A stretch of DNA of 64,000 bases. Origin: an uncultured Trueperaceae bacterium. Lineage in GTDB: Bacteria; Deinococcota; Deinococci; Deinococcales; Trueperaceae. The stretch is taken from NCBI GenBank assembly GCA_963815215.1, contig CAWFFU010000003.1, positions 480,001-544,000 of the forward strand. Reading direction: 5' to 3'. The notes below the pieces were generated by a model. It ran no database searches. It was not told the DNA's origin and saw only the letters and a list, made by a program, of their open reading frames with translations. Every line of letters begins with the position of its first letter. Position 1 is the stretch's first letter. Both the position numbers and the translations under genes were made by a program. Of the stretch, positions 1-10,225 are shown one piece after another.

Positions 1-134
1 CCACCTACCACCGCGAGCACGGTGAACCAGATATGGACCACGTAGGGTGTGGCCCTGGACGTCGACCAAGGCGCCCATAGGAGCGGATAGGCGAATGCAA
101 ACCCGGCCCACCACCATTTGCGCAGGCTCGTCAT
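1..134 (-). CDS. N-terminus of an integral membrane protein (runs off the window); possibly a pilin glycosylation / O-antigen-ligase-like protein
   Basis: ATG at 134 preceded by GGGAG; translates MTSLRKWWWAGFAFAYPLLWAPW...VVHIWFTVLAVVG (hydrophobic). Function is guessed only from its position downstream of the pilin. Confidence 0.5.
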   Translation of the reverse strand, partial: MTSLRKWWWAGFAFAYPLLWAPWSTSRATPYVVHIWFTVLAVVG

Positions 135-321
135 GAGGATCTCCCACGTACCGTGTTGACTTGTGCGCTTGCCTCGCGCGCCCTCACCCTTGGTGGACGG
201 TACCCGGGGCGCCATCCGGTGACCCGTTCATCCGGGTGGCGTCATGTCCCCGCCTGACTGCGTGCGCTTCTCACAGGCATGCTCGGAGGCTGAGGGAAAG
301 CGTCGTCGGCGCTGACATGAC

Positions 322-356
322 CGAGCGCGCGGACAGAGATCTAGTCCGCGCGCTCG
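322..356 (-). terminator. Stem-loop downstream of the pilin gene (terminator or mRNA stabiliser)
   Basis: Perfect 13-bp inverted repeat CGAGCGCGCGGAC / GTCCGCGCGCTCG with a 9-nt loop, 30 nt after the stop; no U-tract. Confidence 0.5.
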
Positions 357-386
357 TGGTGCGTTCAGGCGCTAGGCGCCAGGCGA

Positions 387-776
<390 letters not shown>

Positions 777-1027
777 GTTGCGCTCCTTTCGATCGCAGGG
801 AGGATGAGAGATATGGATGAACTCACGTCCCCGCAGGTAGTCCAACACGGGGCATTCCCGCGTCGCCATCAAGAGTAGCACCGGCGACTTACAGCACTCT
901 TACAAATTTCCCACAGTGCCGAGGGCCCCTGAAGATTCGCCGAGTCAGTCGGTGACGGCTCTGGCGCGGGCGTTGGCGTCACCCGCGGACTGGCCGACGC
1001 ACCTCGCCACATGGTACGCTCGCCAAC

Positions 1028-1127
1028 GCCCCGCCGGCCCAACGCGGTGGCGACCCCCGAACCAGGTCAGATCGGAAGAAGCAGCCTTAAGGGGTGATCG
1101 TCAGGTGCCGTTGGCCACCGGCGGGGC
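1028..1127 (+). ncRNA. ffs: Signal recognition particle 4.5S RNA
   Basis: Terminal stem GCCCCGCCGG/CCGGCGGGGC; helix-8-like core GAACCAGGTCAGATCGGAAGAAGCAGCCTTAAG; -10 box TACGCT at 1015-1020. Confidence 0.88.
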
Positions 1128-1228
1128 ACTGTCTTGCATGCCGCGTGAGCCCCCCCGGATCAGGCTCCATCCCTAGGCGGGCCGACGTCGGCACACCGCA
1201 GCCGCGCGCGAGAACGTTCACGCGTCCC

Positions 1229-2089
1229 TCAAGCCCCGAGCCGGTCGCAACGCTCCCGCAACGCCGACAGGTACGACCCCCCGAACAGCGCCACGTGCAC
1301 CAGCAGCGGTACCAGCTGGTACAGGTCCCTCCGCCAGCGGTCGTACCCGGGATCGACCGGCCGCCGCTCCCGATAGGCCTGATGGAACGCCGCTCCGAAG
1401 GTCTGGAACAGGTCGATGAAGGCGAGCTCGACCTCGGCGTCCGCGAAGTAGAGCGCAGGATCGAGGAACGCCACGACGCGGCCGCCCCTCGCGAGCACGT
1501 TGCCGGACCAGACGTCGCCATGGATGAGCGCGGGTGCAGGCTCGGCGTCGAAGCGCTGTGGGAGCTCCGCCGCGATCCTCTCGACACGCGCGCGCTCGCG
1601 TTCCGGTAGCGCCCCCCGCTCCACCGCCATCGCGGCCAGCGGGAGCAATCGGCGCCGCGCGTAGAACTCGGGCCACGACGCGGTCCAGCGATTGTCGAGG
1701 GGGAACGGCCCCAGCAGGGTGTCGCGCTCGAAACCGAAGGCGTGCGCGGTGACCAGATGCAGCTCGGCCAACAACCGGCCGGCATCCCGTTCCACGGCCT
1801 CCGAGCGCTCGGACGAGCCCTCCACGAAGGCTTCGATCAGGAGGTCGGCGTCGGCGTGCAGCACGACCGGCACGGGTAGGGCGCTGCGCTCCCCGAGGAA
1901 GCGCAGCATGAACCCCTCTACGTCCAACGGCGTGCCCGGAGAGGTCTTGGCGACCACCTCGCGCCCGTCCGACAGGCGGCAACGCACCACGCGTCCCACC
2001 TGTCCCCCACCCAGCCGCGACCACCGCACCACGTCGACGCCCAGCGCGGACGCCACCCGGCGAGCGATGGCACCGTCGGTGGCGCTCAC
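1229..2089 (-). CDS. Fructosamine kinase family protein
   Basis: LIHGDVWSGN and FLDPALYFADAEVELAF motifs; start (GTG 2089) approximate. Confidence 0.88.
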   Translation of the reverse strand: MSATDGAIARRVASALGVDVVRWSRLGGGQVGRVVRCRLSDGREVVAKTSPGTPLDVEGFMLRFLGERSALPVPVVLHADADLLIEAFVEGSSERSEAVERDAGRLLAELHLVTAHAFGFERDTLLGPFPLDNRWTASWPEFYARRRLLPLAAMAVERGALPERERARVERIAAELPQRFDAEPAPALIHGDVWSGNVLARGGRVVAFLDPALYFADAEVELAFIDLFQTFGAAFHQAYRERRPVDPGYDRWRRDLYQLVPLLVHVALFGGSYLSALRERCDRLGA

Positions 2090-2123
2090 CGTCGGCGCGG
2101 CCGGCGACTCCGGTTCCGGAGCC

Positions 2124-2612
2124 TCACGCCGCCGTGCCGTCCAAGCGTTCCCGGACCTCCTGCAGCAACCCCTGCGCAGCAGCCTCGACCAGGTCCAGCA
2201 CGTACTCGAAGGCTTCGGGTCCGCCGCTGTACGGGTCGGGCACCTCGCGCTCGCGGCGCTCGGGCGCGAACTCCAGGAAGAGGCGGACGTCCCCGCCGGA
2301 GGCGCACAGCTTGCGCACCCGGTTGAGGTTGCCACGGTCCATCGTCAGGATCAGATCGAAGTGCCCGCAATCGGCGGGGCGGACCCCGCGCGCCCTCAGG
2401 TCGCCGATGTCGACGCCCCTGGCTCCGGCCGCCGCGATCGCGCGCCGATCCGGGGGATCCCCGGCGTGGTAATCGATGGTCCCGGCAGAGTCGACGATGA
2501 CGCGATCGGCCAGCCCGGCCTCGGCCACCAGACGGCGGAAGACGCCGTGCGCCATCGGCGACCGGCAGATGTTGCCCATGCACACGAACAGGATGCTCAC
2601 GGTCTCGGCCAT
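2124..2612 (-). CDS. Low-molecular-weight protein tyrosine phosphatase
   Basis: VCMGNICRSP (CX5R) P-loop and VPDPY motif. Confidence 0.93.
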   Translation of the reverse strand: MAETVSILFVCMGNICRSPMAHGVFRRLVAEAGLADRVIVDSAGTIDYHAGDPPDRRAIAAAGARGVDIGDLRARGVRPADCGHFDLILTMDRGNLNRVRKLCASGGDVRLFLEFAPERREREVPDPYSGGPEAFEYVLDLVEAAAQGLLQEVRERLDGTAA

Positions 2613-2694
2613 CGCCGCCCACGGTAGCACCCGCTGGCAACGCGCGAACCTGCCTAGGCAGACCGGTCCGTACAGCTAACTGGGGCCCCGACCC

Positions 2695-4887
2695 CTACGC
2701 CTTCAAGCCCGGTTTGGCCCGGTAGACCTGGGTCACGTCCGTGATCCGCGCCACGTTGTCCTTGATGAACTCGATCTCGCTCTGGTCCTTCACGTCGACC
2801 CGGAAGTGGATGCGCGCCCTGGAGGCGCTCTGCACGTCCGCCGTCACCCTCGTCGCACTCTTGTTCATGCCGCCGATCACGTCCAACACGTCCTTCAGCA
2901 GGCCGGGCCGATCGACCGCCACCACCTCGAAATCGACGGCGAACACCTCGCCCGAAGGCACGTCCCAGGTGACGTTGACGAACCGTTCGCTCTCCCTCGT
3001 CATCAGGTGCTTGACGTTCGGGCAATCGACCCTGTGCACGGTGATCCCGCGGCCCCGGGTGATGTAGCCCACCACGTCGTCGCCCCGCACCGGCGAGCAA
3101 CACTGGGCCAGCTTGGCCGGCGCGTCCAGCCCGTCGACGTACACCCCGCTGACGCTCTTGCGCTCGCCGGGAGCGGGCTGAGAGGGGCGGCGTTCCTTGA
3201 TGAGGTCGGGCGCGAGCGTCTCGACCACCTGCTTCACCGGCATGCGGTGGTTCTCGATCGCCAGGTAGAGGTCGTCGGCGGAGTCTGAGTTGAGCAGCTT
3301 GTGCGCGGCGTCCTCCAGTTTCGCCTTGGTGGTGAGCGACCCGAGCGGGAGCTGCCGCCGGCGCAGGGCCCGTTCCAGCGCGCGCTTCCCGCTCTCGAGG
3401 TTCCCCTCCCGCTCCTGCTGACGGAAGTAGTGACGGATCTTCTGCTTGGCGCTGCGCGTCACCACCGTGTTGAGCCATCCGCTGGAGGGCCCGTACTGGC
3501 TGCTGCGGTTGGTGAGGATCTCGACGCGGTCGCCGGTCTGCAGCTCGTAGCCGAGCGGCACGATCTCGCCGTTGACGCGGGCGCCGATGCAGCGGTGTCC
3601 GACCTGGGTGTGGACCTGGTAGGCGAAGTCGATGGGGGTGCTGCCGCGGGGCAGGTTGACCACGTCGCCGGCCGGAGTGAACACCAGCACGCGCTCGGCC
3701 AGGAAGTCGCCCTTGACGGCGTCGACGAACGCCCCGGCATCCTCGGAGGTGGTGTCGACCTCGAGCAGCTGCTTCATCCACTCCAGACGCTTCTGGATCT
3801 CGTCGGTGTCCTCGATGCCCTGCTTGTACGCCCAGTGGGCGGCCACCCCGAACTCGGCCACTTCGTGCATGCGGTGCGTACGGATCTGCACCTCGATGGG
3901 CTGGCCCAGCAACCCGATCACGGTGGTGTGCAGCGACTGGTAGCCGTTGGGCTTGGGCACCGCCACGTAGTCCTTGAAGCGCCCGGGGATCGGGGTCCAC
4001 AGGCTGTGGACGATGCCCAGCGCCCGGTAGCACACGGCCTTCTCGGCATCTTCGGGCACCATGCCCGGCATGGGCCTGTCGGGCGCCAGGATGGCGCGGA
4101 TCGCCATCAGATCGAAGATCTGGTCCAGGTTCTTGTTGTCGCGCTGCATCTTGCGGTAGATGCTGTAGAGGTGCTTGCTGCGCCCGGAGAGCTCGAACGT
4201 GAGCCCTTCGCCCTTCAGCCGATCGGCGAGCAGCCCGATCGACTCCTGCACGTACGCCTCGCGCTCCGCGTGACGCATGCGGACCTGGCGGTCGAGCTGG
4301 TGGTAGCGTTCCGGCTCGAGGTAGTAGAAGCTCAGGTCCTCGAGCTCGTTCTTGATGTGGTTGATGCCCAGCCGGTGCGCCAGCGGCGCGAAGATCTCCA
4401 GCGTCTCCTTGCTGATGCGCTGCTGCTTGACCGGTGGCATGCTCGCGAGCGTGCGCATGTTGTGGAGCCGGTCGGCCAGCTTCACCAGGATGATGCGGGC
4501 GTCGCTGACCATCGCCAGCAGCATCTGCCGCAGGTTCTCGGCCTGCTCGTCCTCGTAGACGCGCACGGCCAGCTTGCTGATCTTGGTCTCGCCCTCGACG
4601 ATGCGGCGCACCGACTCGCCGAAGCGCTGCTCGATCTGCTCCAGGGTTGCGGGGGTGTCCTCGACCGTGTCGTGCAGCAGGCCCGCCATCAGCGCGTTGA
4701 CGTCGAGGTGCAGCTCGGCCAGCAAGGCGGTCACAGCGACGGGGTGGCTGATGTAGTCCTCGCCCGAGCGCCGCTTCATGCCACGGTGCGCCTCCTCGGC
4801 GAACCGGAAGGCTTCCGAGACGCGCCCCCTGTCCACGGGACTCAGGTAATCAGTGGCGGCGTCGAGGCTGGCCAGGAGCCCATCCAT
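2695..4887 (-). CDS. rel: Bifunctional (p)ppGpp synthetase/hydrolase (long RSH)
   Basis: LLHDTVED HD motif, KLADRLHNMRT, KPNGYQSLHT, EVQIRT, TGS domain (DFAYQVHT), CC (QCCSP) and ACT domains. Confidence 0.96.
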   Translation of the reverse strand: MDGLLASLDAATDYLSPVDRGRVSEAFRFAEEAHRGMKRRSGEDYISHPVAVTALLAELHLDVNALMAGLLHDTVEDTPATLEQIEQRFGESVRRIVEGETKISKLAVRVYEDEQAENLRQMLLAMVSDARIILVKLADRLHNMRTLASMPPVKQQRISKETLEIFAPLAHRLGINHIKNELEDLSFYYLEPERYHQLDRQVRMRHAEREAYVQESIGLLADRLKGEGLTFELSGRSKHLYSIYRKMQRDNKNLDQIFDLMAIRAILAPDRPMPGMVPEDAEKAVCYRALGIVHSLWTPIPGRFKDYVAVPKPNGYQSLHTTVIGLLGQPIEVQIRTHRMHEVAEFGVAAHWAYKQGIEDTDEIQKRLEWMKQLLEVDTTSEDAGAFVDAVKGDFLAERVLVFTPAGDVVNLPRGSTPIDFAYQVHTQVGHRCIGARVNGEIVPLGYELQTGDRVEILTNRSSQYGPSSGWLNTVVTRSAKQKIRHYFRQQEREGNLESGKRALERALRRRQLPLGSLTTKAKLEDAAHKLLNSDSADDLYLAIENHRMPVKQVVETLAPDLIKERRPSQPAPGERKSVSGVYVDGLDAPAKLAQCCSPVRGDDVVGYITRGRGITVHRVDCPNVKHLMTRESERFVNVTWDVPSGEVFAVDFEVVAVDRPGLLKDVLDVIGGMNKSATRVTADVQSASRARIHFRVDVKDQSEIEFIKDNVARITDVTQVYRAKPGLKA

Positions 4888-4965
4888 TAGGCGTATCACT
4901 CTATCACCAGGGGGCCCACTCCCCGGCGCCGAACGCGACGCCCACGCGTCGGCCGAGGCGAAGCG

Positions 4966-6093
4966 CTATCTCAGGCGCACGCGGCGGGCCAGGAGGAACA
5001 CGCCGATCACCGCGAGCACGATGTTGCCCAGCCATGGCCCGAGCCACGCCGGCAAGGCTCCGGTCTGCGAGAAGAGCTGGCCGAAGGTGAGCAGGACGTA
5101 CCAGACCAGCGTCACCACCAGCGACAGGCCGAAGGCGACGCCGCGGCTGCCGGCGTAGAGCAGCGCCAGCGGGATGGCGACCAGCAGCAGCGTCAGGTTG
5201 GCGAACGGCTCGGCCAGCATGCGCTGGAACAGCACCGCCGCCTGGCGCCGGTCGTGATACGACAGGGCGGCATCGCGGGAGTCGCGCCAGGCTCCGGCGA
5301 TGGAGCGGGTGTCCTCGAACCCTCCCTTGCTGAAGCGGCTGATCAGGTCCTTCTCCGTGAGCGACGTGGTGAGCGTGAGGGTAGCGTTCGGATCGGCGGG
5401 ACGGTTGAGCACGCGCACCAGCTTCGCCAGCGCCTGCCGGGGGTCGCCCGCGGTCGTGTCGAGCGCTGAGAAGTCCAGCACCGTCACGTCGTAGCCCTTC
5501 AGCACGAGAGCGGTGCCTTGGAAGGTCGCGCTGCGCGCGCGCACCAGCGTGAGCTTCTGTCCGTCCCAGCGTTCGACCCGCACGCCCTGCATGGTGTCCG
5601 TGCCGGCGTTGGCGTTCTGGAAGCGGAGGGTGAAGTCGCCTACCGGAACGTTCTGGCCGGCCAGCCGGAACAGGCCGCTCGAGCCAGCCGTCAGCTCCCA
5701 GTACTGCCGGGCCACCATGCCGTTGGTGGTGGGAAGCACCCACTGGTTGAGCGCCAGCGCCCCGCCGGCGGCCACCAGCCCGGCGGCGATGAACACCGCC
5801 GAGGTCCGCAGCAGGGAGATCGTCCCCGCCTGCATGGCCAGTAACTCGTTGTCGGTCCCGAGCCGCCCGAACGCCAACAGCACGGCCAGCACCAGCGCGA
5901 TGGGCAGCGTCTGCTCCATGGCGGTGGGGAGCTGCAGCGCCAGCCATCCCGTCAGCCGCAGGATCGGCGTGCCGACCACCCACTGCAGCCTCGGGATCGT
6001 GGTGCTGATGACGGCCAGGCCGGCGTACAGCAGGAGCCCGAAGAGCAGCGGGGGTACGCTCTCGCGCAGCAGGTAGCGGTCGATCCTCGTCAT
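4966..6093 (-). CDS. LptF/LptG (YjgP/Q) family permease
   Basis: MTRIDRYLLRE start, RLGTDNELLAMQAG coupling helix, 3+3 TM arrangement with periplasmic beta domain. Confidence 0.9.
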   Translation of the reverse strand: MTRIDRYLLRESVPPLLFGLLLYAGLAVISTTIPRLQWVVGTPILRLTGWLALQLPTAMEQTLPIALVLAVLLAFGRLGTDNELLAMQAGTISLLRTSAVFIAAGLVAAGGALALNQWVLPTTNGMVARQYWELTAGSSGLFRLAGQNVPVGDFTLRFQNANAGTDTMQGVRVERWDGQKLTLVRARSATFQGTALVLKGYDVTVLDFSALDTTAGDPRQALAKLVRVLNRPADPNATLTLTTSLTEKDLISRFSKGGFEDTRSIAGAWRDSRDAALSYHDRRQAAVLFQRMLAEPFANLTLLLVAIPLALLYAGSRGVAFGLSLVVTLVWYVLLTFGQLFSQTGALPAWLGPWLGNIVLAVIGVFLLARRVRLR

Positions 6094-6145
6094 GTCCGGT
6101 GGCGTCCCAATGCGTTCCGTCGCCGTCTCCCGATCGCCCCTACCG

Positions 6146-8269
6146 TCATGGCGGCGACGAGACGGTCGCGGCACCGGCCATGATACCCGTGCCGGCCGCG
6201 CTCACCGACGGGGGCGCCGTCGAACCGGCGTTCCCCGGCCCGCCGATCGAGCAGGTGGTCGAGGCGGTCCCCGTCGACGCCAGCGTCGCGGGCCCATCGA
6301 GCGGACTACCGCAGCCGGAGGTACCTGCCTGCGCATCGGTTGCGGTACGGCGCTGCAGGTCGACCGACACGGACACGCTCCACGTCCCGTCCTGATCACG
6401 GTAGCCCAGTTGCAGCGCGCCGCAGCAGCTCACGAAGGTGAGGTCGAGGCCGTGCCCGCTGATGGCGGGCAGGGCGCCGCCGGTGACGGTCGGAGCGAAG
6501 TTCAACGCCAGGTACGGCGTGAGTTCGACGCCGGGGAGCTCGATCGGCACGGCCGCGCTCAGCTCCAGCCGGTCCAGGCCCACGGGATCGGGCGCCCAGG
6601 TGTAGCGGGCGCGGGCGCCGAACTGCAGACCGCCGTCCGCGGCGCTCACGCTCCCCTGCAGGTAGCCGTCGCGCTCGCCGTTGGGGGCGAGCACGCCCTG
6701 CAGCGCGGTGTCGACCCCGACCTGGAGGCGCCATGGGCCGAGCTGCCGCGCCACCGAGGCGGTGGCCTCGAGCCGGTTGACCCCCGCGTCCACCGACGGG
6801 GAGGCGACGAGGTCGTAGCTCCCGACGACCTTCGAGGAGCCCGACCAACCCGGGCCCAACGCCCCCCGAGCCGTCACCTGCAGCGAGGGACGCTGCGCCG
6901 GCTCCAGACGGTCGAGGGTGGTGGTGAACGGCGATCCGCTATCGGTGAAGCGCGCCAGGTAGCTCGCGCTGAGGTCCACCCCGCCTGCCCGGACGCTGTA
7001 GCCAGGTTGGAGATCGACCCCCCACTGAGAGGCGCCCTGATCGGGGTACAGGCTCTCGCTCAGGCTCGTCCTGAGCGTCAGTCGGCCCCATGCCGCAGCC
7101 GCCGTGCCGATCTGGAACGACCCGGTGGCGCCCAAGCGCGCGCCGGCGACCGGACCGGCCGCAGGTTCCTGCGACGAGCCCGCCGCCACGAGCGCCAGCG
7201 CGGCGTCACCGCCCAGGGCGGGCAGCCGTGTGTGGGCCCGGAGGTGGAGCACACCCTCGCGCAACGTGTCGCGGTTGCCCGGTTCGAGCACGCGGGTGTC
7301 GAACCCGGCGTCGAGCCACGGAAGCACGGGGTGGTCGCTGGTCATCTCGAAACGCATGCCGTCGGGCGCCTTCCCGAAGGTGAACGACCCCCCGGCTCCC
7401 TTCCCCGCCAGGAGGGCCACGGCCGACAGCGGATAGTCGGCGTCGAGGCCGGTCGCGCCCAGGTCCGCATGGACACCGGGGCCCAGCCCCAACGGTCCGA
7501 CCGTCACCCCCAGGCCGGTCCCGGTCACCCCGGCGGCGACGTCGCTGGCCACGTAGCTCACCTTCACCGGTACGGTCAGGTCCTTGAGCGTCTTCTCCGA
7601 CAGCGTGATGGTGTCGGCGAGCAGCAGCGTCACGGCGCCGGCCCGGAGCCTGCCTCCCTGCAGCACTACCGTTCCCCCCTGCAGGTCGAGCCGCGCGCTG
7701 CGGCCTTGCACGTCGTACAGGGGTGGTCCTGCACAGGTGCAGGTGGTGATGAGCGGCCGGTCGATGGTGACGCCGTCGCCGGCGACGACGGCGCTCGCTC
7801 CGCGAACCACGTAGGTGGGCGCCTCGAGCACGGCGTGCTGCAGGCGAAGAGTCTCCTTCTGCAGATCGACCGTCACCGCCGAGGCGTCACCGTTGAGCTG
7901 CTTCCCTGCGACGCGAACGGTGCTCAAGGTGAGGGTCCGGCGGTCGGCATGGAGGCTGGCGGCCGTCATCGTCCAACCCTCGAAGTGCACCGTCGGCAGC
8001 TCCGCGCTGACCGAGAGCTGTCCGCTCAACCCCCGGACGGTCACGCGCTGGGCGAGCAGTGTCCACGCCACCCCCTCCCCCGTCAGGCACACCCCGCCGT
8101 AGAACTCGACGCTGTCGTGGGCGCTGTCGGTGCGGACCTGCTGGAAGTAGGCGGCTCCGAAGCCCTGGATCGACAGCTCGGAGGTCGTGGGCCCGCGCTC
8201 GCACTGCGCCGACGCCGTGCCGACGGCGAGCAACAACAGGAGGACGAGGAGGTGCCGGCTGCGCTGCAT
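6146..8269 (-). CDS. LptD-like outer-membrane translocon
   Basis: Signal peptide, beta-jellyroll-like N-region with ITTCTC, C-terminal VSCCGALQLGYR resembling the LptD CC strand. Confidence 0.7.
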   Translation of the reverse strand: MQRSRHLLVLLLLLAVGTASAQCERGPTTSELSIQGFGAAYFQQVRTDSAHDSVEFYGGVCLTGEGVAWTLLAQRVTVRGLSGQLSVSAELPTVHFEGWTMTAASLHADRRTLTLSTVRVAGKQLNGDASAVTVDLQKETLRLQHAVLEAPTYVVRGASAVVAGDGVTIDRPLITTCTCAGPPLYDVQGRSARLDLQGGTVVLQGGRLRAGAVTLLLADTITLSEKTLKDLTVPVKVSYVASDVAAGVTGTGLGVTVGPLGLGPGVHADLGATGLDADYPLSAVALLAGKGAGGSFTFGKAPDGMRFEMTSDHPVLPWLDAGFDTRVLEPGNRDTLREGVLHLRAHTRLPALGGDAALALVAAGSSQEPAAGPVAGARLGATGSFQIGTAAAAWGRLTLRTSLSESLYPDQGASQWGVDLQPGYSVRAGGVDLSASYLARFTDSGSPFTTTLDRLEPAQRPSLQVTARGALGPGWSGSSKVVGSYDLVASPSVDAGVNRLEATASVARQLGPWRLQVGVDTALQGVLAPNGERDGYLQGSVSAADGGLQFGARARYTWAPDPVGLDRLELSAAVPIELPGVELTPYLALNFAPTVTGGALPAISGHGLDLTFVSCCGALQLGYRDQDGTWSVSVSVDLQRRTATDAQAGTSGCGSPLDGPATLASTGTASTTCSIGGPGNAGSTAPPSVSAAGTGIMAGAATVSSPP

Positions 8270-8281
8270 CCGGTGGGGCGC

Positions 8282-8929
8282 TCAGGGGAGCTCGGCGGAG
8301 AAACGCGCCAGCAACGTGGGCGAGACCTCGGTGGCGGCATCGTACACAGGTGTTCCGGCGACCTGGTGGAGGTGCAGCTCCAGCCGGCCGCCGTCGGTCG
8401 GCGACGTCAGCGTGAGCACCCCGTCGCTGAAGCGGTAGTGCCCGAGCAGCAGCACGTCGCCGGTCTGAGCGTCCAGCAGCACGCGATCGGCGTGGAAGTC
8501 CGGGGAGGTCCCGGTCACCGGGCCGGTGAAGTCCACCACCTCGCGCCCCGCGACGTAGCGCAGCGTTCTGGCCGTCAACGTGAGGCCGTTGCGGGTGAGC
8601 GTCAGGTCGCCCGACGCGCGCAACGTCCCTGCCGGGATGTCGATGTGGATGGTGTCCGCCTTGAGCGTTCCGAAGCTCCCGGTCACCCGGGCGCCCGTCG
8701 CGTCGATGGTCGAGCCCTCCAGCACCTGCAGGGTGGCCGCCTCGAGCGTCACCCCGGTGTCCTGGTCGATCACCGTGCCCCCTTGGGGCAACGTGGTCAC
8801 GCCGGTGGTGATGTCGTAGCGCTGCGGCCCGGCCGGTGTCACGGTGAGCGCAGCGAAGGGCGCAGCCTCGGCCCGCGCCATCCCGGCCGGGAAGAGCAGC
8901 AGCAAGACGACACCGAGAAGGACTCGCAC
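8282..8929 (-). CDS. Exported LptA/OstA-like beta-jellyroll protein
   Basis: Signal peptide (ARA|EA); repeated ADTIHID / LRASGDLTL / ARTLRY strands; leaderless GTG 8929 seven nt after TAGACT. Confidence 0.65.
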   Translation of the reverse strand: MRVLLGVVLLLLFPAGMARAEAAPFAALTVTPAGPQRYDITTGVTTLPQGGTVIDQDTGVTLEAATLQVLEGSTIDATGARVTGSFGTLKADTIHIDIPAGTLRASGDLTLTRNGLTLTARTLRYVAGREVVDFTGPVTGTSPDFHADRVLLDAQTGDVLLLGHYRFSDGVLTLTSPTDGGRLELHLHQVAGTPVYDAATEVSPTLLARFSAELP

Positions 8930-8965
8930 GGCCCCCAGTCTACTTGCGCCCAGCATGAAGATGCT

Positions 8966-10225
8966 CTAGGACCGTGGGCCGCGGGGACCGAGGGTGTGCA
9001 CGTACAGGTCGTCGAACGGACGCTCGTCGAGCAACGCGCGCCCCTGCTCGACCGTACTGTTCATGACCGCCTCGACCACGTTCTGCACGCTCTGGTAGCG
9101 ACCGAGCGTCTGATAGGCGGCGCCCAGCGAGACGAGCCTGCCGAGCGGCGTCTCGGCGCGGAGGGTGAGCCCGGTAGCCAGCTTCCGCTGCGCCCGCCGC
9201 CACTCCGCCGGATCGAGGGGCTCGTCCTGGGCCTTCACGACCACGCCGCGGTAGATGTCGATGACGTCCGCCGCCCGTTCCGGCGCCGCGCTCACGTAGC
9301 CCACGTAGGCCCCCGCGCCGTCCGACGCCTCGTGCCCGAGGCCGGCGCTGTCGGCGAGCCCGCGGTCCACCAGGCGCCAGAACAGGCGCGATCCGCTGTC
9401 ATCACCCAGCACGTTCGCCAGGATGGCGGCGGCGTAGCGGCGCTCGTCGGCAGCCGCGACGCCCGGAGCGAACACCGCGGCGTGCACCCGCTCGAGCTTG
9501 GGATCCTCCGTCCCGCCCTCACCGTGCAGCGGCGCCGGAGCAGGGAACTCGCGCGCTACCTCGAACGGCTCCCACGACGACGTCAACTCCGCCACCTGAG
9601 CGGTGACCGTCGACCAGTCGTAGGCGCCGGCGATCACCAGGGTGAGGTTGGACGGCGCGTAGCGCCGCTCGAAGTAGGCGAGCATCTGATCGCGAGCCAG
9701 CGCCCGTATCGAGGCCTCCCCACCGAGCACGCTGTTGCCCAGCGGGTGGCCGTTCCAGAACTCCCTCCCGGCCACCTCGAACACGCGGAAGTGCGGCCGG
9801 TCCTCGTACATGGCGATCTCTTCCAGGATGACGTTCTTCTCGAGGTCGAAGTCGTCGGCGCGGAGCGCGGGCCGCATCATGTCGCTCAGCAGGTCGAGCA
9901 GCCGCGGCAAGTGGTCGGGCAGGAGGGCGCCGTAGTAGACGGTGCGCTCCTCGCTCGTGAAGGCGTTGTATTGGGCTCCCAGCTCGTCGAAGCTGCGGTT
10001 GATGTCGGCCGCGCTGCGACGATCGGTCCCCTTGAACAGCATGTGCTCGAGGAAGTGCGATACCCCGGCCACTTCTGCCGTCTCGTCACGAGCTCCGGTC
10101 CGGACGAAGTACCCGGCCGCCACCGTGGACGCGTAGGGGTTGAGCTCCCCGATGACGGTGAGCCCGTTGTCGAGCACGGCTCGATCGAACCGGATACCGT
10201 CGCCCCCGGCGTCGCCCGCGCTCAT
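8966..10225 (-). CDS. M16 zinc peptidase, catalytic subunit
   Basis: HFLEHMLFKGT inverted zinc motif (HXXEH) and NAFTS. Confidence 0.93.
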   Translation of the reverse strand: MSAGDAGGDGIRFDRAVLDNGLTVIGELNPYASTVAAGYFVRTGARDETAEVAGVSHFLEHMLFKGTDRRSAADINRSFDELGAQYNAFTSEERTVYYGALLPDHLPRLLDLLSDMMRPALRADDFDLEKNVILEEIAMYEDRPHFRVFEVAGREFWNGHPLGNSVLGGEASIRALARDQMLAYFERRYAPSNLTLVIAGAYDWSTVTAQVAELTSSWEPFEVAREFPAPAPLHGEGGTEDPKLERVHAAVFAPGVAAADERRYAAAILANVLGDDSGSRLFWRLVDRGLADSAGLGHEASDGAGAYVGYVSAAPERAADVIDIYRGVVVKAQDEPLDPAEWRRAQRKLATGLTLRAETPLGRLVSLGAAYQTLGRYQSVQNVVEAVMNSTVEQGRALLDERPFDDLYVHTLGPRGPRS

